Notes under the pieces: generated by a model
What the model saw: only the letters and a program-made list of their open reading frames with translations
The model's database searches: none
Told to the model about the DNA's origin: nothing
Source: an uncultured virus (IMG/VR IMGVR_UViG_3300038441_002670)
Taxonomy: Duplodnaviria; Heunggongvirae; Uroviricota; Caudoviricetes
DNA: 64,000 bases
Reading direction: 5' to 3' (one strand)
IMG/VR virus record: IMGVR_UViG_3300038441_002670
Position numbers and translations under genes: made by a program
Part shown: positions 1 to 9,823 of the stretch, in pieces
How positions within the stretch are numbered: position 1 is the stretch's first letter
Layout of the letters: the number at the start of each line of letters is the position of its first letter

Positions 1-75
1 TCTATTGTGCCGAAACGAATATCGACCGCACGATGGTGCCGGCCCATGAGAGTCTTTGCAGCATAAGGGCGCACG

Positions 76-789
76 ATGCAGACGATCCTCATCTATAGTG
101 GGGGCCTGGATTCCACGACGCTGCTGTACCACCTCCGGGCCGAAGGCCAGACGGTCGCTGCGCTGAGTGTGGATTATGGGCAGCGCCATCGTCAGGAGGT
201 AGTGGCCGCCCAGGCGCTGTGTGCCGCGCTAGGGGTGGAGCACCAGGTCGTCGATCTGCGCGCGGTACGTCCGCTCCTCGCGGGGAGTTCGCAGACGGAT
301 CCCACCGTCGCGGTGCCGCAGGGCCATTATGCCGACCTCACCATGAAGCAGACGGTGGTGCCGAACCGCAATATGCTCCTGCTGGCCCTGGCCGGTGCGT
401 GGGCCGTGAGCCGCCAGGCCGAGGCGATTGCCTATGCCGCGCATGGGGGCGATCATGCCATTTATCCCGATTGCCGCCCGGCCTTCGTGGCCGCGTTCGC
501 GCAGACTCTGGCCCTGGCCAACTGGCACCCGGTCACCGTGCTGGCCCCGTTTCTGGCACTCGACAAGGCGGCGATTGTCCGGCTGGGGGCGTCCCTGGGG
601 GTGCCGTTTGGGCAGACGTGGAGTTGCTACGATCCCCAGACCGACCTCAGCACCGGGCGTACCCTGCATTGTGGGCGCTGTGGCACGTGTTGCGAACGCG
701 CCTTGTCCTTTGATGAGGCAGGCATTGAAGACCCCACAATATATATGGACACAACGTATTGGAAAAGAGTCAGTTTGCCTAAAACATAA
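76..789 (+). CDS. queC: 7-cyano-7-deazaguanine (preQ0) synthase QueC
   Basis: SGGLDS PP-loop, YGQRH, VPNRN, YPDCR and C-terminal CGxCxxC Zn motif. Confidence 0.96.
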   Translation: MQTILIYSGGLDSTTLLYHLRAEGQTVAALSVDYGQRHRQEVVAAQALCAALGVEHQVVDLRAVRPLLAGSSQTDPTVAVPQGHYADLTMKQTVVPNRNMLLLALAGAWAVSRQAEAIAYAAHGGDHAIYPDCRPAFVAAFAQTLALANWHPVTVLAPFLALDKAAIVRLGASLGVPFGQTWSCYDPQTDLSTGRTLHCGRCGTCCERALSFDEAGIEDPTIYMDTTYWKRVSLPKT

Positions 790-802
790 TGGAAAAGTCC
801 GT

Positions 803-1171
803 ATGTCCTGGCTTCTCCGCAAAACGTTTGGGTTCGAGGCCAGTCATCAGCTTCCGCTGCATGATGGCCCGTGTGCCCATCTCCACGGCCATAGCTATCG
901 CCTCACGGTCGAGGTGTGCGGCGTGACGCTGCATACCACTGGCCCGAAAACCGGCATGGTGGTGGACTATGGCGACATCAGCGCCGCCGTGAAGCCGCTC
1001 CTCGTGCAGGCTCTCGATCACCATGACCTGAATACGTCGCTTCCTGTGGAGACCACCACGGCAGAGATGATCGCGCAGTGGGTGTATGACCAACTCGCGC
1101 CGGTGCTGCCGGGGTTGGTCGCCGTGGTCATTGGGGAAACGGCATCGACTGAGGCCCGCTATGAGCCGTAA
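803..1171 (+). CDS. queD: 6-carboxytetrahydropterin synthase QueD
   Basis: FEASHQL, CAHLHGHSY, GMVVDY, LDHHDLN, TAEMIA and ET motifs; start taken at ATG 803 inside ORF 428..1171. Confidence 0.94.
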   Translation: MSWLLRKTFGFEASHQLPLHDGPCAHLHGHSYRLTVEVCGVTLHTTGPKTGMVVDYGDISAAVKPLLVQALDHHDLNTSLPVETTTAEMIAQWVYDQLAPVLPGLVAVVIGETASTEARYEP

Positions 1172-1778
1172 TGACTTGGTCGTGAATGATATCTTTTACT
1201 CGATTCAAGGCGAGGGGGTCCGTGCAGGTACGATGAATCTCTTTTTGCGCCTGAGTGGTTGCAACGCCACCTGCAATGGCACCATGGAGGATCAAGCCTA
1301 TTTGCCCGTCTGCGACACAGAATTTGTCAGCGGGCGCCGGATGACGTGGGACGCCATCGTGGCCCGGTTTCACGAGCTGGCTCCCGCGTGCCGCTGGGTC
1401 ATCCTCACCGGCGGCGAACCTGCACTTCAGTTGACTCCCGCCTTTACGGCGTATCTTCATGGGCAGGGGTATCAACTCGCCATCGAAACGAACGGCACCA
1501 TCAACGTGGATGCCTTGGGGCTCGACTGGGTCTGTGTCTCGCCCAAGGTGGCGGAGCACGCCATCAAGCAACAGACGGCCAGTGAAGTGAAGTATGTGCG
1601 CAACTATGGCCAAGGCATTCCCAAAACGGTGATCGAGGCCGGGCATTATGTCCTCTCGCCAGCCTTTGAGGGCGAGTATCTCGATCCCAAAACCCTCGCG
1701 TGGTGTCTCCAACTGTGCAAGGATAACCCGACATGGCGCCTGAGTCTTCAGTTGCACAAAGTCTTGCAGGTCCGCTAA
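1161..1778 (+). CDS. queE: 7-carboxy-7-deazaguanine synthase QueE (radical SAM)
   Basis: IFYSIQGEG, FLRLSGCN..C...CDT, TGGEP, IETNGT, VSPK, WRLSLQLHK. Confidence 0.94.
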   Translation: MSRNDLVVNDIFYSIQGEGVRAGTMNLFLRLSGCNATCNGTMEDQAYLPVCDTEFVSGRRMTWDAIVARFHELAPACRWVILTGGEPALQLTPAFTAYLHGQGYQLAIETNGTINVDALGLDWVCVSPKVAEHAIKQQTASEVKYVRNYGQGIPKTVIEAGHYVLSPAFEGEYLDPKTLAWCLQLCKDNPTWRLSLQLHKVLQVR

Positions 1779-2605
1779 TGCTCACCCTGTCCTGGGCCAA
1801 CGTGTATACCCGGCTGCAAGCCGCCCCGCCAGGCCGTCTGTGGGGCATCCCGCGTGGTGGGCAGATTGTCGCGGGCCTCACGGGCCGCGCGGTCGATTGT
1901 CCCGAGGACGCTGATGTGATCGTGGAAGATATTGTCGATAGCGGTGCCACGCGAGACCGCTACCACGCGCTCTATGCCAAGCCCTTTTGGGCGCTGGTCA
2001 CGAAACACCCGGGTGATGGGTGGGTGCGGTTTCCTTGGGAAGCCCATGACGCCACGGCAGACCTGGCCGATACCGTGCGCCGCCAACTGGAATGGATTGG
2101 CGAAGATCCCACCCGGGAAGGCTTACGCGAGACCCCGCAGCGGGTGCTCAAAGCCTTGGGAGAACTCACGGCGGGCTACGGCCAGGACCCGGCGTCGCTC
2201 CTCCAGGTGACCTTTCAAGCCGACTGCGATCAGATGGTGGTTGTGCGCGATATCCCGTATCATAGTTTATGTGAGCATCATCTGCTCCCCTTTCACGGGC
2301 AGGTGACACTCGGCTATGTTCCCAGCGAAGGGCGTGTCGTGGGGTTGTCCAAGCTGCCCCGTCTGGTGCACTGTTTTGCGCGACGCCTCCAGGTGCAAGA
2401 GCGGCTCACGACACAAATTGCCGATGCGCTTCAGGCCATTGTGCGGCCTGCCGGGGTGGGGGTGGCGGTGACAGGCTCGCATACTTGTATGCAGATGCGC
2501 GGCATTCGGTCGAGTGGCGTGATGCTCACGAGTGCGTTGCGGGGGGTATTTCTGGAGAAACCCGAGGCCCGCGCCGAATTTCTCTCTCTCGCCCGGCTGG
2601 CCTGA
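1778..2605 (+). CDS. folE: GTP cyclohydrolase I with an N-terminal phosphoribosyltransferase-like domain
   Basis: C-terminal REGLRETPQR, SLCEHHLLPF, GLSKLPR, RLQVQERLT, HTCMQMRG; N-terminal GIPRGG, VIVEDIVDSGAT, WVRFPWE. Confidence 0.92.
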   Translation: MLTLSWANVYTRLQAAPPGRLWGIPRGGQIVAGLTGRAVDCPEDADVIVEDIVDSGATRDRYHALYAKPFWALVTKHPGDGWVRFPWEAHDATADLADTVRRQLEWIGEDPTREGLRETPQRVLKALGELTAGYGQDPASLLQVTFQADCDQMVVVRDIPYHSLCEHHLLPFHGQVTLGYVPSEGRVVGLSKLPRLVHCFARRLQVQERLTTQIADALQAIVRPAGVGVAVTGSHTCMQMRGIRSSGVMLTSALRGVFLEKPEARAEFLSLARLA

Positions 2606-2638
2606 GCGGGGGGCTTTTGTCAGTAAGGACTTGTCGCT

Positions 2639-3196
2639 ATGAATCGGTCTGAGGCCCGCTGCGCCGAACGACGTCACCAAGTTGCCCAGCTCTATCTCGC
2701 GGGCAAAGTCCAGCACGAAATTGCCGACGACATGGGTGTGACGCAGCAACAAATCTCCCACGACATGAAACGTGTGATGCGGACGTGGGAAGACCGCATG
2801 GTGGGGTTTATTACGCGCCAGAAGGCCATTGCCGCCGCCCAGATTGAGTGGGCCATGCGCGAAGCGGCGGGCGGCTGGGAGCGCAGCAAAGAGCCTCGTG
2901 AGATTACTGAGACCGAAGCGATCCAGGGCGGCGAGGAGGCTCCACGCCACAGAGCCAAGCGGCGCGTGGAAGGGTCGGTCGGCAATCCGGCCTTTCTCAG
3001 TGCGTACCAAAAAGGCATTGATCAGATGGCCACGCTCCTGGGGCTCAATGCACCACAGAAAGTGGCGCCGACTTCCCCCGATGGCGAGCAGGCGTGGGAA
3101 GGCACCCAGGGGTTGGCGATCCTCCTGGCGGGTGCCCAGCAAGCGCGGCAGGAACTGCGCTTGGTGCATCCTAGTGCAGATGACGAGGGCGCATAA
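2639..3196 (+). CDS. terminase small subunit (N-terminal HTH)
   Basis: HTH-like QHEIADDMGVTQQQISHD and LLGLNAP motif; directly upstream of and coupled to the large subunit. Confidence 0.8.
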   Translation: MNRSEARCAERRHQVAQLYLAGKVQHEIADDMGVTQQQISHDMKRVMRTWEDRMVGFITRQKAIAAAQIEWAMREAAGGWERSKEPREITETEAIQGGEEAPRHRAKRRVEGSVGNPAFLSAYQKGIDQMATLLGLNAPQKVAPTSPDGEQAWEGTQGLAILLAGAQQARQELRLVHPSADDEGA

Positions 3197-4662
3197 TGGC
3201 GACCGCGATAGTACAACCACTCCCGCGCACAAGCCGCGATACCGCACGCCAGCTCTATCTTCAGCTCCGGGCGCAGTGGAAAGAGGCGCCCAGTGTTTAT
3301 GTGCGGCAACGGTTTGGCGTCGAGCCGACCCCGCAGCAACAGATGATCCTGGAGGCGATTTTACCCTCTGGCGCGAAAGTATCTGTGCGGTCTGGTCACG
3401 GGATTGGGAAAAGCTCGACGGCGGCTTGGGTCGTCTCATGGTTCCTCGAAACTCACGACTTTGCCAAAGTGCCGTGTACGGCCCCCACGTCGCGCCAGCT
3501 CCAGGACATTCTCTGGGGCGAGTTGGCCAAGTGGCGGCGGCATGCCGACGAGGAGAGCGCGCGCCGTCAGGAGCCGCCCCGCTTCTGGCTCTCAAACTTG
3601 TTCCGCCTCATTAATGATTCCCTGATTGATCCCAGTGCCAAAGACTGGGGGGCCTTTGCCCGTACCGCGCGCAAAGAGAATCCTGAGAGCCTTCAGGGCT
3701 TCCATGGCGAACACTTACTTTACGTAGTAGATGAAGCTAGCGGGATCCCTGAAGAGGTCTTCGAGGCCGCTGAGGGCGCGCTGTCCTCGCCGGGTGCCCG
3801 TGTCCTTATGCTGGGCAACCCGACGCGCACCAGCGGCACCTTTGCCGCGTCCCATCGCCACAACCGGGGCGAGTACACGGCCTTGCACTTTCGCTCGCAA
3901 GATTCGCCCCTGGTCGATCCCGGCTACCGTACCCGGCTGGTAAGCAAGTGGGGGGAAGGCTCGAATGTTGTGCGTGTGCGCGCCGACGGTGAATTTCCCC
4001 TTCAGGAAGACGATGTGCTCATCTCGCTCGAACTCACCGAACCCTGCACCACACGCGACAAACGCGAGGGCGAGGGCAAGCGGCGACTGGGCGTGGATGT
4101 GGCCCGCTTAGGAAGTGATCGTACCGTACTCGTGGTGCGCCAGGGCAATGTCGTGGATCGTATCCGCGTGTTTTCCAAGCAGGATACCATGCAAACGGTC
4201 GGCTGTATCCTGGCCATCTTGGAGCCCTGGCGCGTGGATGAAGTGGACGTGGATGTGATTGGCCTCGGGGCGGGCGTGTATGATCGCCTGGCCGAACTGA
4301 AGCGCCAGGGCGTCATTGCGGGCGAGGTCGTGCCGGTGAACGTGGCCGAGAAAGCCCCGCTCGTGCGTCATCCCGCCGACGCCAGGCCGCGCTTGCTGCG
4401 CGATTATCTCTGGCTCGAAGTCGCCCGGTGGTTACGCGAGGAGCAGCCCGTCTTTTGTGCCGACGATCACGGAGCGTGTGAGGACCTCGCGGGGGAACTG
4501 GCGAGTGTGGGCTATGGCCTCGACAGCAACGGCTGCCTCGTGGTGGAAGATAAAGACCATATGCGCAAGCGGTTGGGCATGTCGCCTGACCTTGGGGACA
4601 GCCTTTGCACAACCTTCGCGCCAGCGAGGGCACGCAGTAGCGTGATGGAGTTTCATATATGA
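3196..4662 (+). CDS. terL: terminase large subunit
   Basis: Walker A RSGHGIGKS, Walker B YVVDEASG, LGNP, nuclease LGVDVAR..D and SPDLGD. Confidence 0.95.
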   Translation: MATAIVQPLPRTSRDTARQLYLQLRAQWKEAPSVYVRQRFGVEPTPQQQMILEAILPSGAKVSVRSGHGIGKSSTAAWVVSWFLETHDFAKVPCTAPTSRQLQDILWGELAKWRRHADEESARRQEPPRFWLSNLFRLINDSLIDPSAKDWGAFARTARKENPESLQGFHGEHLLYVVDEASGIPEEVFEAAEGALSSPGARVLMLGNPTRTSGTFAASHRHNRGEYTALHFRSQDSPLVDPGYRTRLVSKWGEGSNVVRVRADGEFPLQEDDVLISLELTEPCTTRDKREGEGKRRLGVDVARLGSDRTVLVVRQGNVVDRIRVFSKQDTMQTVGCILAILEPWRVDEVDVDVIGLGAGVYDRLAELKRQGVIAGEVVPVNVAEKAPLVRHPADARPRLLRDYLWLEVARWLREEQPVFCADDHGACEDLAGELASVGYGLDSNGCLVVEDKDHMRKRLGMSPDLGDSLCTTFAPARARSSVMEFHI

Positions 4663-6209
4663 GCGTGACCGCAACCCATCCCCAATACAATGAGTGGGCA
4701 GAAAGCTGGCGCTGTTTACGTGACGCATATGAGGGCTCGAGGGCTGTAAAAGGCTCCATCGCGGGCTCCATCGCGGGCTCCACAAGTAGCCGTGACAGGT
4801 CGGCAGCGGGGACACGTTACCTGAGCCAGCCTGCGGGCATGCGGAAGCCGCAGGAGTACGCGAGCTATAGGGACCGCGCAGCCTGGGTCGGGGCCACGGA
4901 ATCCGCCGTGCACGGGATCACCGGGGCTGTGTTTCGGCACGAGCCGCACATTGAGGCCCCTGCGAGCCTGGAGCCGCATCTGGCGGATATTACGCAGACC
5001 GGGATGTCGCTGCGCATGTTTGCCGAACAGACGATACGCGAGACGCTCCTCATGGGGCGCTTTGGGCTCCTGGTCGATTACCCTGCCCCCGTGGTGGAGC
5101 TGCCCGGCATTGAGGCGATGCCTGATCCGCAGGCGCGGCCGTATTGGGTGGCCTACGCGACCGAAGAGGTCCGCAACTGGCGCACAGTGCAACGTGGTGG
5201 CGATACGATCCTGAGCCTGGTCGTGCTCGAAGAAACGCTCTCGGTGCCGAAAGGGCTATGGCCCTCGCCGGACTTTTTCGTGGTCGAGGACCGCACGATG
5301 TATCGCGTTCTGCGCCTCGATGAGCAGGGCCAGTACGAGGTGAGTCTATGGCTGGAAGATACGTCCCTCGGACCGGGCGCTGTCCGTACGGCGACGTTGC
5401 AGCAGGCCTGGCGGCCCTTGCGCCAGGGACGGCCCCTCGACTTTATCCCGTTCTGGGTGTTTGCCCCCTTCAGTCTGGACCTGACGCCGCAGAAGTCGCT
5501 GCTCGAAGCCCTGGTCGAGCGCAACTTTCTGTGCTGGAGACACAGCGCCGACTATGAGCATGCCCTGCACCTCACGGCCATGCCAACCTTTTATGTCGCA
5601 GCCAACATGGAGGCGCCACCGGAGCTGTACGTGGGGGCGTCCATGGCGATCTTTCTCCCCGACAACCAGGCGAAGGTGGGCCTGGTCGAGTTTCACGGTC
5701 AGGGACTTCAGCCCCACGAGCATGCCCTGCAAGAAGACCTCAAGATGATGGCGGCGCTGGGTGCTAGGCTCCTCGAAGGCCCGCCCCAGGTGCAGGAAAC
5801 CGCACGCGGGGTGCAGTGGCGCATGGGGGGGAGTGATTCACCCACACAAAGTCTCGTCAGCGTGGTGAGTCAGGGGCTAACGTGGGCACTCCAAGTGCAC
5901 AATTGGTGGGCCGGTTTTTCAGAAAATATTGATGATCCCGCCGTCCATATCAGTCTCAATAAAGATCTGGTCTCGAATACGATGGAGCCCCAGATGTTGA
6001 CGGCGTTGATGACGGCGCTTCTCAATGGCACTATTAGTTACGAGACATTTTTCTTTAATCTTCAACGTGGCGAGGTGGCGCGACCGCTCACCACCGCAGA
6101 AGAAGAACAAATGCTTATCGAAGATCAACAAGCACAGCGCCCACTCGTGCCGCCGCCCGCAGGACCTCCGCCCCGGGCAACGAATGGCACGACACGTAGC
6201 GCGGCGTAA
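4659..6209 (+). CDS. portal protein (DUF4055-like)
   Basis: Follows terL, 516 aa; HPQY..W..RD.YEG start, Y.DRA, GRFGLLVDYP, HSADYE. Confidence 0.88.
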   Translation: MSVTATHPQYNEWAESWRCLRDAYEGSRAVKGSIAGSIAGSTSSRDRSAAGTRYLSQPAGMRKPQEYASYRDRAAWVGATESAVHGITGAVFRHEPHIEAPASLEPHLADITQTGMSLRMFAEQTIRETLLMGRFGLLVDYPAPVVELPGIEAMPDPQARPYWVAYATEEVRNWRTVQRGGDTILSLVVLEETLSVPKGLWPSPDFFVVEDRTMYRVLRLDEQGQYEVSLWLEDTSLGPGAVRTATLQQAWRPLRQGRPLDFIPFWVFAPFSLDLTPQKSLLEALVERNFLCWRHSADYEHALHLTAMPTFYVAANMEAPPELYVGASMAIFLPDNQAKVGLVEFHGQGLQPHEHALQEDLKMMAALGARLLEGPPQVQETARGVQWRMGGSDSPTQSLVSVVSQGLTWALQVHNWWAGFSENIDDPAVHISLNKDLVSNTMEPQMLTALMTALLNGTISYETFFFNLQRGEVARPLTTAEEEQMLIEDQQAQRPLVPPPAGPPPRATNGTTRSAA

Positions 6210-6212
6210 GGA

Positions 6213-6527
6213 GTGGATATGCCTCTCGACATGCGGGACATTGCCGGGAATAGTTTTTGGCATGGCCTGCCGCTCAACGCTGATCCGCCCACCGCGTACT
6301 GCAAAACCTATTGGCCGAGTCGCGTCTGCACGTGTGGCGCGACAGTGCTTACGTGGGCCACGCGCTCGGTGCCGACCGCCCCAGGCGAGGGCGTGAGCTA
6401 TGTTGGCGCGTCCGTGTTTGTGCATGCGCAGCAGCCACAGGATGGCAGCGGTCCCTTGTGCGAGACGGCGGCGCCCGCCGAGTGCTGTGCGTGTGGCACG
6501 TATCGCATCGTGTGGGAAACGGTCTAG
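6213..6527 (+). CDS. hypothetical Cys-rich protein
   Basis: AGGAG RBS after the portal stop; CxCG motifs at both ends. Confidence 0.55.
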   Translation: MDMPLDMRDIAGNSFWHGLPLNADPPTAYCKTYWPSRVCTCGATVLTWATRSVPTAPGEGVSYVGASVFVHAQQPQDGSGPLCETAAPAECCACGTYRIVWETV

Positions 6528-6538
6528 GAGGAATGTCT

Positions 6539-6736
6539 ATGCCACTGCGCAAGGCGCCCAAGGGCGCAAGCAAGAAACGGCGGCAATCTGTTGCTAGTAG
6601 TAATATTAGAGAAATGCATAAGTCAAGTCGATTTAAAAAGGTGGCCCGTAAGTTTGGCAAAGCCCGGGCGAATCGCATGGCCGTTGCCGCCGGGCTCTCT
6701 GCCATGCGCGGCGGGCGCAAACGCCGGAGGAAATAA
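6539..6736 (+). CDS. small basic protein
   Basis: GGAGG RBS; MPLRK...SSNIREM...MAVAAGLS, very K/R-rich. Confidence 0.65.
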   Translation: MPLRKAPKGASKKRRQSVASSNIREMHKSSRFKKVARKFGKARANRMAVAAGLSAMRGGRKRRRK

Positions 6737-6738
6737 CG

Positions 6739-7164
6739 ATGGAACCGTATGATCCTACCCTTGAAGCCCTGGTCGATGCCATGATTCAGGCCCTCGACCA
6801 CGACGCGGATATGACCCAAGGCTATGTCGCCAAGCTGCGCTCTCTCGACATTACGCTGACACAGATGCTGGCTGATCCCGAGGCCCATGGGCTCGTCGGG
6901 GAGACGCCGAATCCTGAGACAGAGCAGATCATGCGCCAGGCGCTGGGACACCTCGATGCCAAGGCGGGCGATGTGGAGTTGGAGTATCTCCAGGTGCTTG
7001 GGCGGGTGCGCGCGGCGATCGAGAAGGAACTGTTTAAGTGGGCATCCTCACTTGTCCAGCCAGCAGGATTCAGTGGCGAGAGTCAAATCCCTGTCGGTGG
7101 CGGTGAGTGGGAGGCTCATACCGAAGGCGTCTCCGAACCTGCACGGCAGAGACTCACGATCTAG
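6739..7164 (+). CDS. hypothetical protein
   Basis: GGAGG RBS, tightly packed ORF. Confidence 0.6.
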   Translation: MEPYDPTLEALVDAMIQALDHDADMTQGYVAKLRSLDITLTQMLADPEAHGLVGETPNPETEQIMRQALGHLDAKAGDVELEYLQVLGRVRAAIEKELFKWASSLVQPAGFSGESQIPVGGGEWEAHTEGVSEPARQRLTI

Positions 7165-7187
7165 GCAACGTACCCTAGGAGGTGATT

Positions 7188-7394
7188 ATGGCTGAGTCTA
7201 CGAACATTGAAGCGCTCCAGGACCAACGCAACCAGGAAACGCTTCAGCTCTACCGGCGCAATGCCCTGCGGCATACCCTGAGCGTCCTCGATCCGCAACC
7301 GGGCGATGTGGCGCTCGACTATGCGGCACTCGTCACGCGCTTGCAAGAGGTGCTGGCGCGGGAGGCTGCGCCAGAAGCTTCGCAGGCGACGTAG
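7188..7394 (+). CDS. hypothetical protein
   Basis: AGGAGGT RBS. Confidence 0.55.
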   Translation: MAESTNIEALQDQRNQETLQLYRRNALRHTLSVLDPQPGDVALDYAALVTRLQEVLAREAAPEASQAT

Positions 7395-7404
7395 CTGAGG
7401 GCGT

Positions 7405-8445
7405 ATGGCCGAGTCTCTCAACCAGCAGATTGCTGATCGCCTCGTCGAGCAACAGCTCAAGGCGGCACGGGTGGAAGCGCAGCAACGCCGTGAGGTTTGG
7501 GCGATCCTATTCTTGCTGCAACAGGACCTTGTCGCGGCCATCACCGCGACCGATCCGACGCAGTGGGCCCTGCTCAGTCGCCGACGCCGGGAGGTCGAGA
7601 CGCTGGTCGCTGAGGAGCTCGATCCGCTCATTACCTCGCGCTATCAGCAGATTGCTGCGCTCATCGACGCGGCCATGTTGCGCCTGGCCAAACAGGAGAC
7701 GCAGGCGGTCGAGCGCATCGTCAATACTGTCACGGGGGAAGAGACCATTGAGGCACAACCGTCCGAGCGCCGTTTACGTGCGGGCGTGGTGCTGGGCATT
7801 TTCCCCTCCGCCACGACGCCCACCGACCTCAGTGCGCAAGGGGCTGAGTGGTGGCAGCGGCAGGGCAGTAGCCTCAGTCAACGCCTGGGCGATCAATTAC
7901 GGGTGAGCGTGAGCTTAGAGGAATCGTTACCGCAGATGACGCAGCGGGTGCGGGGGACACGGGCCAACGGCTTCGAGGATGGGCTGATGGGGAAGGCGCG
8001 GCAGGATGCGAGTCGGCTCCTCACGACGCAGACGACCAATGCCGTAGGGGAAGCGCGGGCGGCGGTGGCGGCAAGCAATCCTATAGGGCTAATAGTCATC
8101 CACCAATCAGTCCTCGACTCGCGCACATCGTCTATATGCCTAAGTAGACATGGCTTGAAATATACAGCAGATACACACGAAAGCATTGGTCATTCGATTC
8201 CATATCTCTCAGGTGTACCATATCACCCTAATTGTAGAAGCTCTATAGTCCCGGCGATAGACGATGGCGGGCCGATTCGGCAGGAGAATGTAAGTCAATG
8301 GCTCAGCCGACGTGATACGGCGTTTCAGGACGAGGTCCTCGGACCGACGCGGGCGGCACTCTGGAGAGCTGGTAAGTTGTCTCTCAAAAATCTCATTGAT
8401 GCGGTAACAGGTAAGCCATTAAGCCTGGAGGAACTCGGCGTATGA
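7405..8445 (+). CDS. minor head protein (SPP1 gp7 / Mu gpF-like)
   Basis: LDSRTSSIC...G and PYHPNCRS motifs, LGPTRAALWRAG C-terminus. Confidence 0.88.
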   Translation: MAESLNQQIADRLVEQQLKAARVEAQQRREVWAILFLLQQDLVAAITATDPTQWALLSRRRREVETLVAEELDPLITSRYQQIAALIDAAMLRLAKQETQAVERIVNTVTGEETIEAQPSERRLRAGVVLGIFPSATTPTDLSAQGAEWWQRQGSSLSQRLGDQLRVSVSLEESLPQMTQRVRGTRANGFEDGLMGKARQDASRLLTTQTTNAVGEARAAVAASNPIGLIVIHQSVLDSRTSSICLSRHGLKYTADTHESIGHSIPYLSGVPYHPNCRSSIVPAIDDGGPIRQENVSQWLSRRDTAFQDEVLGPTRAALWRAGKLSLKNLIDAVTGKPLSLEELGV

Positions 8446-8567
8446 CGCTGCTCGCAGAGTTGGCGCGACGACCGGCGGCCAATGACGATGAGGTGCCGGA
8501 AGGGGCGCCCGGGTGCCGGTGTACGCTCCCGGGGGTGCCCTCCGCCTTCTGTCGCGTGCATGGGGAA

Positions 8568-8634
8568 GGCCTGGCCGTGCCAGCCAGCTTCCGAGCGGCG
8601 TTCGTAGACAGGGGCTGGCTGGCACGGCCAGGCC
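8568..8634. repeat. perfect 21-bp inverted repeat with 25-nt spacer
   Basis: GGCCTGGCCGTGCCAGCCAGC (8568-8588) / GCTGGCTGGCACGGCCAGGCC (8614-8634). Confidence 0.9.
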
Positions 8635-8637
8635 AGC

Positions 8638-8898
8638 GTGACGGCTGATACGAGAGGAGAGAGGCGTATGAGACGACCGCTGGTGCCGCACGAACGGGTC
8701 GAGGTCGAACTGAGGAACCTGGACGGGACTCCCCCGGGCATAGCGAATCTCATTGCCCGTACCATGTTTCAGGTGGGTCTGCTCCTCGGTGGCTATCCTG
8801 GCGGGCGTGCCCGGGTCATGCTCGCCAAGGAAGCGGCCACGGAGACGCTGCGCATGCAGGTGGATATGACGATCCCTTTGGAGGACCTCCAGCCATGA
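8638..8898 (+). CDS. hypothetical protein
   Basis: ORF ending in an ATGA overlap with the next gene. Confidence 0.5.
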   Translation: MTADTRGERRMRRPLVPHERVEVELRNLDGTPPGIANLIARTMFQVGLLLGGYPGGRARVMLAKEAATETLRMQVDMTIPLEDLQP

Positions 8899-9164
8899 AT
8901 GCAGCCGTGATGACCTTGGAGGATTTTGAGTCAGTTACCCTGGCCTATAGTGAGCAGGCCACGGCACGGCGGGACACGAGAGCAGGGACGGCGTGGGACC
9001 CCTTGGCCATCTGTCCCCAGCATTGGTATGCCTTGCTGCGGCACCGCCCGCGGGGAAGTGATGGCCACATCCGCAGTGTAGGGATGCCCCCTGGCTCTCT
9101 CCTGTATCATGGTGTGACGTTTCACACCAATGACCTCGACCGCTGTTTCTTTTGTCGCGCATGA
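8895..9164 (+). CDS. hypothetical protein
   Basis: GGAGG RBS, ATGA overlap. Confidence 0.5.
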   Translation: MNAAVMTLEDFESVTLAYSEQATARRDTRAGTAWDPLAICPQHWYALLRHRPRGSDGHIRSVGMPPGSLLYHGVTFHTNDLDRCFFCRA

Positions 9165-9331
9165 GACGAGGAGCGGCTACGCATGATCGACCCTGATCCC
9201 CGCTATGCCCATTGGCAGCAACAGCCTGACGAGGACCTCGATTATCGCCCCGATCCTGATCTGCGTGACGTGACGCTAGAGACGTTGCCCCAGATAGCGG
9301 AGCAGATACGCCGAGCCATGGAGGACGAGGC

Positions 9332-9823
9332 ATGATCGATCCTGACGTCTGGCCACTGGCAACCCCACGCGAATTGCTGACGCTCTGTGAGCGGCTCGGC
9401 ATGAGCGGGAGCGATGTCGCCCGGTGGTTGCATGTCCCGAGGTCCTCGGTCAGCACGTGGCGCCATGAGGCGCGTCGTATCCCGTGTAAGCATATCGCCA
9501 CGTTGCGGGTACGGACCCAGGTGGCGTATGCCCATGCGGTCGAACTCCAAGCGAAAGCCTGTAGTCTCGCCCCGAATGAGGCGACTGCTCACGCGATTCA
9601 GGCCGAATTTGCCGCGATGGAAACGCGCTGGATGCTTGAGGTGCTCAGTGCGGCAGCCGCGCCGCGCCGCAAGCTTCACGCTGTCGCTGATACGTTACAG
9701 GTCCTGGTCGAACAGGAGCCCCTGATGCCAGAGGATTATGCGCGCCTCGCCGCGTGTATCCGTACACTCCAAGACGTGCTGGCGGCGGCGCCCAGTGAGG
9801 AGCACGCATGCCTGGAGCCCTGA
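9332..9823 (+). CDS. HTH DNA-binding protein
   Basis: LGMSGSDVARWLHVPRSSVSTW is an XRE-like HTH. Confidence 0.7.
   Translation: MIDPDVWPLATPRELLTLCERLGMSGSDVARWLHVPRSSVSTWRHEARRIPCKHIATLRVRTQVAYAHAVELQAKACSLAPNEATAHAIQAEFAAMETRWMLEVLSAAAAPRRKLHAVADTLQVLVEQEPLMPEDYARLAACIRTLQDVLAAAPSEEHACLEP

Noticed and set aside
4752..4781. 12-bp tandem repeat GGCTCCATCGCG in the portal gene
   Set aside because: In-frame slippage giving GSIAGSIAGS, probably in a loop; no sign of phase variation
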